From: a virus
Taxonomy: Duplodnaviria; Caudoviricetes
DNA: 57,881 nt
Virus record (IMG/VR): IMGVR_UViG_3300012002_000216
Span: 1 to 57,881 of that record
Direction: 5' to 3' (one strand)
Position 1 is the first letter of the stretch; each line of letters opens with the position of its first letter. The position numbers and the translations under genes are program-made. The notes under the pieces were generated by a model. The model saw nothing but the letters and a program-made list of their open reading frames with translations. It was not told where the DNA came from and did not search any database. Below, piece after piece: positions 9,662 to 18,497 of the stretch.

Positions 9662-9988
9662 TTAGCTGTTGATAATTGGAAACGGAAACGCATCTTCCAT
9701 ACCTTGTAGATATGCATGCGCAAATGCGTCGACAAGTTCGTAGAATGCATCCATTTCGCGGATATAGTCGTCGACGTCCATATCCTCTTCGCGCGCTTCT
9801 GCTTCTACGTCAATGTTCATAGAGCGAAGCTTTGTTCGAATGACATGCTCAGCAGTATCCATGAATCTATCAGTAATAGAATCGCCTTGCTGTCGACCAG
9901 TTGTTTCGAAACGTTCGCGTGCTTGAACGGTGTCTTCAGGTGTAAGTCTTAACATCTGATCTGGGTCAAATAGTTCGTTTTGTGCCAT
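9662..9988 (-). CDS. acidic hypothetical protein
   Basis: 108-aa ORF with SD GAGG. Confidence 0.7.
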   Translation of the reverse strand: MAQNELFDPDQMLRLTPEDTVQARERFETTGRQQGDSITDRFMDTAEHVIRTKLRSMNIDVEAEAREEDMDVDDYIREMDAFYELVDAFAHAYLQGMEDAFPFPIINS

Positions 9989-10000
9989 TGGTTATATCCT

Positions 10001-10180
10001 CTACTCCATTATTTCTGGGAATCGACTGAGTAGATCTTCGGCAAGTTCATCAAATGCCTCATTTCCTTCGTCTCTATCCCATTCGTAATCATCAAGAAAT
10101 TCTACAACCCATTCAACGAGGGTATCCTCTTTGGATTTTAGGAATCGTCTCCAGTCATCGTTCCGTATGACATCATCCAT
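10001..10180 (-). CDS. small acidic hypothetical protein
   Basis: Start moved to ATG 10180 (MDDVIR) after AAGGA, which avoids overlap with the upstream gene. Confidence 0.6.
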   Translation of the reverse strand: MDDVIRNDDWRRFLKSKEDTLVEWVVEFLDDYEWDRDEGNEAFDELAEDLLSRFPEIME

Positions 10181-10190
10181 AATATTTTCC

Positions 10191-10487
10191 TTAAAACGGT
10201 AAAAGCATAAAGTGAAGAGCATCCTCATCACCAGACTGCGCTGCTTCACGTATTTTACTGACCCACGCATGAGTTACATCACTAACAGTCTCCATCAGTA
10301 AATCTTGCGCATCATCATCTTCTGGGTCATCTAGATTTACACCTTGCTCTTTTGCATCCTTGATAACGGCCTCTGTGAGGTGGTTAAAAATCTCATCTGG
10401 TAGTTTTCGTTGAACTTGCTCAACAATATCATCTACCTGCGGAACGTAGCCTGTTCCGTATCCAAAAAGATCGTCTTGCTCTGGCAT
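10191..10487 (-). CDS. acidic hypothetical protein
   Basis: 98-aa ORF in operon; LTEA and IREA motifs. Confidence 0.7.
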   Translation of the reverse strand: MPEQDDLFGYGTGYVPQVDDIVEQVQRKLPDEIFNHLTEAVIKDAKEQGVNLDDPEDDDAQDLLMETVSDVTHAWVSKIREAAQSGDEDALHFMLLPF

Positions 10488-10490
10488 ACT

Positions 10491-10778
10491 CTATTCCTCG
10501 CTATCCTCGGCTTGAAAATGTTCATCTACTGCTGTAATTAGTGTGTAGTAATCCTCATCTTCAGCATTGAGTGTTTGTTGACGAAGAGCTTTGTACCGTC
10601 GGTACGCTTCTGATATCTGTGTCTTTGTCGTCTCGAGATCATCAGCAAACTCTTTCAAGCGCGCCTTAGCGTCTTTCGATATTTCATTTGCTTGAGAGCG
10701 AAGATCAGCTGCCTGCTGTTCCGACTCATATACCGATTCAAAATTACCAATCACTTCTTCTTGTGTGATCTGTCGCAT
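10491..10778 (-). CDS. small helical protein, possibly T4 DsbA/GapR-like DNA-binding protein
   Basis: Start MRQIT after GGAG; pattern ..EISKDAKARLKEFADDLETTKTQISEAYRRYK. Confidence 0.4.
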   Translation of the reverse strand: MRQITQEEVIGNFESVYESEQQAADLRSQANEISKDAKARLKEFADDLETTKTQISEAYRRYKALRQQTLNAEDEDYYTLITAVDEHFQAEDSEE

Positions 10779-10821
10779 ATTATCTCCTTTGCATATTATC
10801 GGGCCGTAGCCCATTACGTCT

Positions 10822-10828
10822 AATTAGT
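10822..10828 (-). promoter_or_regulatory. ACTAATT putative late promoter
   Basis: Overlaps the primase stop codon and points to the 10778 gene. Confidence 0.6.
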
Positions 10829-11858
10829 GGAATACTCGTCTTGAACTAGGAACTGGATTTCTTCCCCAGCCTCTGCGTCGTAAGTTTTCAACAGTTGTAC
10901 GTAGCACGGTCGGTATGTCCCCAATATCTTTTATATCTTGTAGACGCGGTACGTCCAATATTTCGAAGGGTCTGTCTAACTCTTCTATCAATTTGCGCGT
11001 GGTATTACGTCCTGCTTTATCATTATCTGGTATTAGAACAAGATGGTCGTATTGGTTCAAAAGCCACAGTTGTCTACGTGTTACTTGAGCACCAAAGATC
11101 GCAGTACTGTTAGCAAAGTAAGGATCAGTCCGCAATACTGCTAGATCAAATAATCCTTCTACTACATAGAGTGGTTTTTCTGGATTTATATTATCTAGAT
11201 CATAAAGCGTATTGACCGAAGAGTCTTTCGGGTATAAAACCTTTCTCGATTGATTCCCGGTAACGTCTCGACCCTCTACTGATATTAGATTACCGTTATC
11301 GTAGATAGGTATAAGAAGCCTCTTGCGATAAACAGTCCCGTTTATGCGACCAGATTCCATATAGGCCATTTGCATACTATCTGCTACATCAAACGTAACA
11401 CCTCTACGTCGTAGGTAGCGAACGGCATCTGCCGATTCACGAACATTGACGACAGGACTTTGAATGGTGATGGATATCTCACGATCTAACTTAGAGTGGT
11501 CTTCTGCTTCAGGCGCATACGCAGTATGCTTAGCAAATCGAGAAAATTCATCAGTAGGAATATTAAGATCTTTATAGAGACTATTACCTGTAAGATCATG
11601 ATATAGAGATGCAATGGTACCCTTAGCACCACACGAGAAGCAATTATATACTCCTTTCTCTACATGTACAAACATTGAGGGGTTTTTATCTTCATGAAAT
11701 GGGCAATGACATGGAACATCCCCAGACCAGTTACCCTCACTCCACGCTGATCTGATCTGCAGTCGCTTCATTGCTTCTCGTGTCATTTCTTCTGTAGACA
11801 GTTCAGGGGAAGCAAGAGGTGCAGCCATAAGGATATTGCCAAACTTAAATGCGTCCAT
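10824..11858 (-). CDS. dnaG: DnaG-type DNA primase
   Basis: CHC2 zinc finger CPFHEDKNPS...CFSC; TOPRIM VVEGLFD and PDNDKAG. Confidence 0.9.
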   Translation of the reverse strand: MDAFKFGNILMAAPLASPELSTEEMTREAMKRLQIRSAWSEGNWSGDVPCHCPFHEDKNPSMFVHVEKGVYNCFSCGAKGTIASLYHDLTGNSLYKDLNIPTDEFSRFAKHTAYAPEAEDHSKLDREISITIQSPVVNVRESADAVRYLRRRGVTFDVADSMQMAYMESGRINGTVYRKRLLIPIYDNGNLISVEGRDVTGNQSRKVLYPKDSSVNTLYDLDNINPEKPLYVVEGLFDLAVLRTDPYFANSTAIFGAQVTRRQLWLLNQYDHLVLIPDNDKAGRNTTRKLIEELDRPFEILDVPRLQDIKDIGDIPTVLRTTVENLRRRGWGRNPVPSSRRVFH

Positions 11859-11886
11859 TTTACGCGCTCCTTAGATTGACAATATA

Positions 11887-12363
11887 CTATCTCTTTCTAT
11901 GCTTCTTCCCGTTCGGAAAAATCGAGACACCGCGGCGCTTATCGCGTGAGATATCCTCTTCTTGTGGATCTTCAAAAAACGGAAGGTCAAGTTCAGCATG
12001 CGCAAGATGCTCGGCTGGATTTACTGTATCTCCCTCGCGTTCACGTTCCTTTTGTGGTGTATGATATTGTGAGTCACGATTCATGATCTCTCTAATATTT
12101 CGAATATCGTCATCACCAGATATCGCGACTCGTGAGATTGCAGAATTTTGTCTATCTAACACCCAGAATGTACCATATGTACTGAGCGTCTCTCGCACTG
12201 CATACTCTATTTGATACCCAACAGTCTCTACGATAAGATCTATAAATGCTTGGTGCTTCATTACCACCAACGAATTATCACCATCGATATATAGTCGCAC
12301 ATTCTCTCGTTGTGGATTAGATGCATATATAAGAAAATAAAAATGCTTGTAAGCCTGATCCAT
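11887..12363 (-). CDS. hypothetical protein
   Basis: 158-aa ORF downstream of an ACTAATT motif. Confidence 0.65.
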   Translation of the reverse strand: MDQAYKHFYFLIYASNPQRENVRLYIDGDNSLVVMKHQAFIDLIVETVGYQIEYAVRETLSTYGTFWVLDRQNSAISRVAISGDDDIRNIREIMNRDSQYHTPQKEREREGDTVNPAEHLAHAELDLPFFEDPQEEDISRDKRRGVSIFPNGKKHRKR

Positions 12364-12499
12364 GATATCCCCTGTAGTGAGTGGCGAAGCCTATTCTTCC
12401 ATATTCTTATATTAAAGTAGTAGTCTTGTATACCGTACGACATTCTCAGTATCTGAGAAACTCACAAACTGGTAGAATACGCACTAAGCTTCTTTGAAT

Positions 12500-12506
12500 A
12501 ATTAGT
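12500..12506 (-). promoter_or_regulatory. ACTAATT putative late promoter
   Basis: Intergenic, oriented toward the 12363 gene. Confidence 0.55.
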
Positions 12507-12555
12507 GTGGATATGTAGTAGCTAGCGTTATATTGAGGGTATGGAGGTGTGATAC

Positions 12556-14649
12556 ATGGGATTCGCATTTGGTGGCTTGAGTGTTCAAGCTTCAAAAAAG
12601 ACACTTCAAGCAGACTTGATAGATGAGCCGTTGCTTATCGAACATACGACGGATAGCTCTAAGCATCCATACTTTCTAATCTTGCTTGATGAATACTACT
12701 CTCCCCAGAAGCTCAAGAAAATAGAGAAACTTCTTAAATTGAATGGTATTGCAAACTACCGTGCAGTTGTCTCTGTCAATGTCAATATCAAAAAAGATGA
12801 TCTAAAGGACGGAATCGGTCAGCATTATCGAACGAATCAATCGCGATGGAAGCAGTATGTAGAAGGAGCGAAAGCAGTGATCGCGGTGGGTCCAGCCTTG
12901 TACTCGATCAACCAATCGACCGACATACTAGTGGATCATTTTCGTGATATTGTCTTTAACAAATCGTACTATTGGTCGCCAGATACGGGAACCTACGTGT
13001 TTCCGGTTGATAGCTTTAACGATATTTTTGTGCCATTAGCACAAAAGAATACAGGAATGTTCCAGCCATCGCAACCTGCTCCAGTTACTGACGCCCCAGC
13101 GAATACATATCGTACGCATTTCACGGAGTATCAATTGGGGTTGGCACAGAAGCTTCAGCTTACTAAGCAGCGTAAAATTGAGCCTGAGCTTGTCAAGATT
13201 GAAACCACTGAAGACTTCCTGATTGTTTGTAGAAATCATCATGGGGCAGAGAAGATGGCTTGGGACTTAGAGACTAGTGGCTTCGATTTTATGACCGATC
13301 GCATTGGCTGTATTACGATGTCCTTTGATGGTAGAACAGGGTATTATGTTCCTTGGGAAATTGTAGATAGAGCGGCATTGAACGATTTATTGGCATCAGT
13401 GGGAACGCAAATTGGAGCGAACCTAAAGTTTGATGTTCGCTTTCTGTGGCGTAACGGAATACCAGCAGCGCATATTGATACCGATACAGTTCAGCTTGGC
13501 CATGTGCTGAATGAGCAACGATCCAACAGTCTAAAAGCACATGCATTCTTCTATACGCAATATGGTGGGTATGACAGAGACCTAGATCGTTACATCGAAA
13601 AAACTGGTATCGATGACTATACAGCGATCCCTGAGCATATAATGATTCATTATGCAGCGATGGATGCGGTAGTCACATGGCTGGTGCATGAAGCATTACA
13701 GCGTCAACTAGATTGGGTGGATACGCAATATCCGAACGAGAAGATGCTAGATTGGACTATGCGTCGGTATTATGAAGAAGTGATGATGCCAGCGGTAAAT
13801 ACGTTTGCTGAAATTGAGTATCGTGGGGTATATACCGATAAAGAGCATCTTGCAAATTCACGTGAGTATATCCAATCTGAAATCAGTCGTATTGAAAATG
13901 AATTGCGCGCCCTTTGGGGTGTGGATGATTCGTTCGATTTTAACTCTACTAAGCGTTTGGGTGAACTATTTGAGCAACTGGGTTGGGAGGATCTGGGGCG
14001 ATCCAAGACAGATGTATACCAGACCTCTGACGCGCATCTCTCTAAGTGGGCAAAGATGGGCCATGAGGGTGTAGCTGAGTTTCAGCGACTACGATCCCTT
14101 AAAACAATTCTTGGAACATTCATTTCAGCTACTGAAGATTCAAAGAAGGGGTGGGCTCAATATCTACGAGAGCATGAAGAAGATGAATCGCACAGGATGC
14201 ATCCAACCTTCAATGTGATGAGAACTGAGTCGGGAAGATGTAGGTGTTCGAACCCGAATATGCAAAATGTCCCGTCTCATGGAGAGTTTGCAAAGCTTGT
14301 GAAGTCATGTATTACGACTCCTGATCCGTCTGACTACTACCTCTCAACTGTTGACTATGCATCGCTACAGATTCGGCTTGCAGCTATTGATACTAATCTG
14401 AATGAAGACGGTCGCGATCAAGCGTTATATAACGTCTATACAGACCCTAAGATGGGCGGAGACATGCATAGTCGAACAGCGTATGGGGTATTTGCTCATG
14501 GTCGGGACTTCAGCTTAGATGTGGTAGAAGTGGAAGACAGCAAAACTGGGAAACAGCACACATTCTATGCAGACGAGTGGATACAGACAGAGCGAGGCAG
14601 TATTCAAGCCAAAGCTCTAATGGAAGATGACGTACTACTAATTGAATGA
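12556..14649 (+). CDS. family A DNA polymerase, N-terminal fragment (UDG-like region, 3'-5' exonuclease, polymerase domain up to motif A) ending in a Hint/intein-like tail
   Basis: ExoI WDLETSG, ExoII NLKFD, ExoIII YAAMDA; TESGR..SNPNMQNVP; motif A VDYASLQIRLAA; GDMHSRTA; motifs B and C absent; SD GGAGG. Confidence 0.9.
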   Translation: MGFAFGGLSVQASKKTLQADLIDEPLLIEHTTDSSKHPYFLILLDEYYSPQKLKKIEKLLKLNGIANYRAVVSVNVNIKKDDLKDGIGQHYRTNQSRWKQYVEGAKAVIAVGPALYSINQSTDILVDHFRDIVFNKSYYWSPDTGTYVFPVDSFNDIFVPLAQKNTGMFQPSQPAPVTDAPANTYRTHFTEYQLGLAQKLQLTKQRKIEPELVKIETTEDFLIVCRNHHGAEKMAWDLETSGFDFMTDRIGCITMSFDGRTGYYVPWEIVDRAALNDLLASVGTQIGANLKFDVRFLWRNGIPAAHIDTDTVQLGHVLNEQRSNSLKAHAFFYTQYGGYDRDLDRYIEKTGIDDYTAIPEHIMIHYAAMDAVVTWLVHEALQRQLDWVDTQYPNEKMLDWTMRRYYEEVMMPAVNTFAEIEYRGVYTDKEHLANSREYIQSEISRIENELRALWGVDDSFDFNSTKRLGELFEQLGWEDLGRSKTDVYQTSDAHLSKWAKMGHEGVAEFQRLRSLKTILGTFISATEDSKKGWAQYLREHEEDESHRMHPTFNVMRTESGRCRCSNPNMQNVPSHGEFAKLVKSCITTPDPSDYYLSTVDYASLQIRLAAIDTNLNEDGRDQALYNVYTDPKMGGDMHSRTAYGVFAHGRDFSLDVVEVEDSKTGKQHTFYADEWIQTERGSIQAKALMEDDVLLIE

Positions 14650-14664
14650 GGTATAAATTGTATA

Positions 14665-15060
14665 ATGGAAGAAAAACAAGTTCTACTTGTAGATGACTCC
14701 ATCTCTCTTCATACGATGATTGAGATGTTTCTACGACAAAATGACAATCCTCATTACCAGCTATTCTCTGTTGTATCTGCACATGAGATGTTCTCGTACC
14801 TAGATCAACAAGCGATTAGTATAGTCTTGCTCGATATCGGATTATCAGACGGAAATGGGCTGCTATTGACCAAAACGATCAAGCAAACACATCCAGAGAT
14901 TGCGGTTGTTATTATAACGGCGAAGCTGGGAGATGAGCACGCGCAAGCGGCGCTTGAAGCTGGAGCCACAGACTTTCTTTCGAAGCCGTTTGATGGACAG
15001 AGTCTGCTTCAATGCCTTAATAGAATATCCTCATCACATAATACACCATCGAGGATATAA
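14665..15060 (+). CDS. stand-alone CheY-like response regulator receiver
   Basis: VLLVDDS, IVLLDIGL.DGNGL (phosphoacceptor Asp), IITA, GATDFLSKPF. Confidence 0.92.
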   Translation: MEEKQVLLVDDSISLHTMIEMFLRQNDNPHYQLFSVVSAHEMFSYLDQQAISIVLLDIGLSDGNGLLLTKTIKQTHPEIAVVIITAKLGDEHAQAALEAGATDFLSKPFDGQSLLQCLNRISSSHNTPSRI

Positions 15061-16232
15061 TGGGTGTGTCATCCTTACATGAGTCCTCTTCGATAAAACT
15101 AGAACAACATCTGTTTTTAGTTGGCGCACTGTTTTACCCATTGTGGAGTCTTTTTCTAGCGATAGCAGTACCTACAGCGTATGATATAGCTAGCGGTAGA
15201 ATCGCAGTGGGGGTTTTTGGTCTTTGTTTATTACTATTAACCTATCGATTTGAGTGGGCACACCAAAGAACAGCTCTACTCAAATATCTATATGTATACG
15301 TAGGTACTGCGCAATTTGCTTCGCTCATCTATTTATCAAATGGATCAACAATCTACGCAATAGGAAACATTATTTTTAGCGCTGCGGTTTCAATGCTCTT
15401 CACGAAACCTCGCCCGTATGCTATATTTACTACGTATTGGATCCTCTTAAACATACTTGCAATCAGCCATACACCGATGTCACCTGATCATGTAGCGATG
15501 GTGTTTGGTGGTATACTTACGACACACTTTGTTATAGGCTATCTGCTTTATTCTAGAACAAAAGCCTTAATGCAGGTGGTAGAGCAACAAACTCGTGCAG
15601 ATGCACTACAGCGACAGATTTTAACACAAGAGTTGGAAAAGGCGAAAGAGTCCGCCGAAATGCTACGCAAAAGAGCCTATTACGATTTTCTGACTGGTCT
15701 AGCGAATCGCGCGATGTTTAGGGATACACTAAATCGTCAATTCGCAGCTGCTAGACGTACAGGATCTACCCTTGGCATTTTATTTATTGATCTAGATGGT
15801 TTCAAAGCTATAAACGATTCTCGAGGTCACGATGTTGGTGATTCATTATTGAAAGAGTTCGCCGTGCGTCTTGATCGATCATTAAGACAAGAAGATCTAG
15901 CAGCCCGAATTGGCGGTGATGAGTTTGCAGCGATACTATCAGAAATAAGTGACCCTCAGGATCCTGAGGTTATATGTAATCGCATTCTTGAAGAGGTGAG
16001 TACTCCGATCAAAGTTGGTGTGTATGAGTGTAAGATTGGAGCGAGCATTGGTCTTGCAATAACTCCACGTGCAGGTCAAGACCCAACAGAACAAATTCAT
16101 GATCCAGTAGATCTCATAAAGCAGGCTGATATCGCAATGTATGTTGCAAAGGAATCTGGAAAAAATGGATGGGTAAGCTACTCAGAAGAGCTAGCTTACT
16201 TGAATGCAAAGTCTTTCAGAAAGACTATCTAA
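15060..16232 (+). CDS. membrane-anchored diguanylate cyclase (GGDEF)
   Basis: About 5-6 hydrophobic N-terminal helices, coiled coil, YDFLTGLANR, FIDLDGFKAIND.GH.VGD, RQED I-site, RIGGDEF, ADIAMY.AK..GKN. Confidence 0.93.
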   Translation: MGVSSLHESSSIKLEQHLFLVGALFYPLWSLFLAIAVPTAYDIASGRIAVGVFGLCLLLLTYRFEWAHQRTALLKYLYVYVGTAQFASLIYLSNGSTIYAIGNIIFSAAVSMLFTKPRPYAIFTTYWILLNILAISHTPMSPDHVAMVFGGILTTHFVIGYLLYSRTKALMQVVEQQTRADALQRQILTQELEKAKESAEMLRKRAYYDFLTGLANRAMFRDTLNRQFAAARRTGSTLGILFIDLDGFKAINDSRGHDVGDSLLKEFAVRLDRSLRQEDLAARIGGDEFAAILSEISDPQDPEVICNRILEEVSTPIKVGVYECKIGASIGLAITPRAGQDPTEQIHDPVDLIKQADIAMYVAKESGKNGWVSYSEELAYLNAKSFRKTI

Positions 16233-16711
16233 GCCTGAACATCGTTCAACGTCGGCGATCCATATAATCCATTCATACTTTGATCATCGATAGTCTGGCT
16301 AAGGAATACGAGAAGCTGGGACGCCTCATCTGTCATAGTAGCTATTGAGGTGTTCACATCCCCTAACAACTTACGCATTTGAGTTTGAATGAGTTCTTTT
16401 TGATCTTCCATTTCAGAGATAAGAGTACCTAGTTCAGACAGCTGGTTAGAATCTACACTCATATCTTTATTCGAGTATGCAGGAGTTGGGGAGGCTACTC
16501 CTGGAAACGTTGAAACTGCCATAGCTGGCGCTTGGTCCGAATATTTTGCCACTATATCAGCATATTTTGATTTAGCTTGTGTCAGGTCAGTAACTACTGA
16601 TTTGTATTGCTTGAGGAATTGAGAGAGGGACTCAAGTGCTTGTACTGATTCAGTATACTTGGAATCAATCTCTCCTCCAAGCTGTTGCACGATTTGTTGC
16701 GCACGATCCAT
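16229..16711 (-). CDS. coiled-coil hypothetical protein
   Basis: Start MDRAQQ after GGAGGG; helical heptads. Confidence 0.7.
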   Translation of the reverse strand: MDRAQQIVQQLGGEIDSKYTESVQALESLSQFLKQYKSVVTDLTQAKSKYADIVAKYSDQAPAMAVSTFPGVASPTPAYSNKDMSVDSNQLSELGTLISEMEDQKELIQTQMRKLLGDVNTSIATMTDEASQLLVFLSQTIDDQSMNGLYGSPTLNDVQA

Positions 16712-16713
16712 GA

Positions 16714-17271
16714 TTATCCCTCCTTCCAATAAAGGCGTGTACCAGCAGGGTACACCTTACCTTCTATCATAGTAGGACGCTCTAATTCAACCTCATTATT
16801 TTCATCCTCATCCGTATTGAAAGCAGCTGATGGTTCCATCATCGAGCGAACTCCTGTATGCTGAGGAAAATCACCATCAGTAGACCCTTGAGGCGCTAAG
16901 GACGATGTAGTGCGGGTATGCTGTGGAAACTCCCCTGCATCCTGCTCTAAGTCTGTATGATGAACATCGCTAAATGAGTGTGTAGTTTCGGGGTCCTTAT
17001 TAGAGTATGTTTTACCAAGCTTATTAGCTAATTGAGATTTTGGATTTCCGAATCCACCATGCCGCGCAACTGGATCTGTAAACATATAGTAATCTGTGTA
17101 TACAACCGGATCGGGATGATCCGTATGATCCTGTGTAGTTGGATCAGCTTGAGTAAACTCATCAGTTTCTTCATCTTCTGGTTGGTTGATGAACTCGCGC
17201 GGATCTCTATTATTCGGTGGCATGAACTCTATGTCTTTGAAAAAACTCAAGAGATCTTTATCTTGTATCAT
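16714..17271 (-). CDS. acidic low-complexity hypothetical protein
   Basis: 185 aa; internal repeat GEFPQHT/GDFPQHT; ACTAATT upstream. Confidence 0.7.
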   Translation of the reverse strand: MIQDKDLLSFFKDIEFMPPNNRDPREFINQPEDEETDEFTQADPTTQDHTDHPDPVVYTDYYMFTDPVARHGGFGNPKSQLANKLGKTYSNKDPETTHSFSDVHHTDLEQDAGEFPQHTRTTSSLAPQGSTDGDFPQHTGVRSMMEPSAAFNTDEDENNEVELERPTMIEGKVYPAGTRLYWKEG

Positions 17272-17298
17272 GCAGTAATCCCCTTTTGAACGTTATCT

Positions 17299-17305
17299 AA
17301 TTAGT
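17299..17305 (-). promoter_or_regulatory. ACTAATT putative late promoter
   Basis: Intergenic, just downstream of a terminator and before the 17271 gene. Confidence 0.65.
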
Positions 17306-17312
17306 ATCGTTC

Positions 17313-17342
17313 AAAAGGAAAGGGTGCCGAAGCACCCTTTTT
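17313..17342 (-). terminator. intrinsic terminator (possibly bidirectional)
   Basis: Minus strand AAAGGGTGC-TTCG-GCACCCTTT-CCTTTT, cUUCGg tetraloop, right after the 17348 stop. Confidence 0.8.
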
Positions 17343-17347
17343 GGATA

Positions 17348-18235
17348 TTATTCATCAGGAACAGGAATTGGTCCCTCTCCTCTTGCCCATTGCTCTAGTT
17401 CCTCTACCGTATACCATCCAAAGTTGTTTCTACGCTGTTCCATTGGGTTGAGCCAAAACACAATATCAGGGAGTCTCGATTCACGTTGTCGTTCTTTAAG
17501 AGTCTTCTTCTCCTCTGTATCAGAGACGTGAGCCTCGAACTGCATTTGCTTTGGGCTGCATGCAAAATATCTACATTCAGCTTTCTTGAGCTTCTCGAAA
17601 ATCTTTGTCTTATATATGCGCTTCCACATTTTGCGGTACGCTTTCTGATCCTCAATAAGAGCCTTTTCGGCACCTTCCGGATACGCAGTTTCCATAGCAA
17701 AGAGAAGGCCGCTACCAGCGAATGGATTGTCCTGGTGATGCATGCCAAGAAGCATATTTTTTGATTTGAAAGCCCGGTAAATTGTTTCTAGTTTTTCTTT
17801 GACCGATTCTGGGCCCCAGATCATGAATTCCTTTTCATCCCAGGCAGCGTTGAATTCTGATCTTTCAAAATCATACGTATGATTATCGATAAAACTTCTA
17901 TTACGAGCTAGTATATCCTCTGCAGCTCGCCATGGGGATTCTCGAATAAGCGCAACTGCATATATCTTCCCCTTAGACGGACGCTTATTTCCGGGTTTGA
18001 GGTACTTCGTTTCATGCTCGATAAAATGAACATTATCAGCATTCGTAACACGAACTCGATCGAAGCCCCATACACGTTTTTCAGTCTGAGGATCGCCAGT
18101 CCAAATACCCAATACTCGCTTTATGTCCTTCACACCCCACTCGTGCTCAGCACAGTAATCGTACCCTAGACACACCCCAGCAAGATTCTCATTATCATCA
18201 TAGATGAATTCTTTGTCTTGATACGCAAGTCTCAT
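17348..18235 (-). CDS. hypothetical phage protein
   Basis: 295-aa ORF with SD GGGAG. Confidence 0.8.
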   Translation of the reverse strand: MRLAYQDKEFIYDDNENLAGVCLGYDYCAEHEWGVKDIKRVLGIWTGDPQTEKRVWGFDRVRVTNADNVHFIEHETKYLKPGNKRPSKGKIYAVALIRESPWRAAEDILARNRSFIDNHTYDFERSEFNAAWDEKEFMIWGPESVKEKLETIYRAFKSKNMLLGMHHQDNPFAGSGLLFAMETAYPEGAEKALIEDQKAYRKMWKRIYKTKIFEKLKKAECRYFACSPKQMQFEAHVSDTEEKKTLKERQRESRLPDIVFWLNPMEQRRNNFGWYTVEELEQWARGEGPIPVPDE

Positions 18236-18408
18236 TGTACAACTCCCTTAAAACCATCGACGATTCTACCGAAAAAAGCTCCAATTGCTTCTGGGCTTGT
18301 TACGACGAATACAGCAATTGCAACTACAGCAATTACTTGAACTACAATCAGTAGAACTGAAATTGTAACTCCCATTCTAAAGTGCCTATCAACCTTGTCT
18401 TTATACAT
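18232..18408 (-). CDS. small membrane protein (not in ORF track)
   Basis: MYKDKVDRHFRMGVTISVLLIVVQVIAVVAIAVFVVTSPEAIGAFFGRIVDGFKGVVQ; SD GGGGAGG; ATGA overlap with the next gene. Confidence 0.7.
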   Translation of the reverse strand: MYKDKVDRHFRMGVTISVLLIVVQVIAVVAIAVFVVTSPEAIGAFFGRIVDGFKGVVQ

Positions 18409-18436
18409 TTTCCTCCCCTAAAGTCTTTGTCTATAT

Positions 18437-18466
18437 ATTATATACGAGAAGCTGCATTGAAGGCAA
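18437..18466 (-). promoter_or_regulatory. sigma70-type early promoter
   Basis: Minus strand TTGCCT-N16-TATATAAT upstream of the 18408 gene. Confidence 0.55.
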
Positions 18467-18473
18467 ACAACTC

Positions 18474-18480
18474 ACTAATT
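18474..18480 (+). promoter_or_regulatory. ACTAATT putative late promoter
   Basis: Before SD AAGGAG and the 18498 start. Confidence 0.6.
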
Positions 18481-18497
18481 ATTGTAAGGAGTATCTT

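Noticed and set aside
12361-12402. ATG-GAA-GAA-TAG in frame upstream of the 12363 gene (minus strand) as a second amber leader
   Set aside because: No SD precedes that ATG and the downstream ATG has its own purine-rich SD; compatible with chance.
14640-14700. Frameshift or intron continuing the polymerase
   Set aside because: An intact receiver-domain gene starts 15 nt after the stop, and no motif B or C appears in any downstream ORF in the window.
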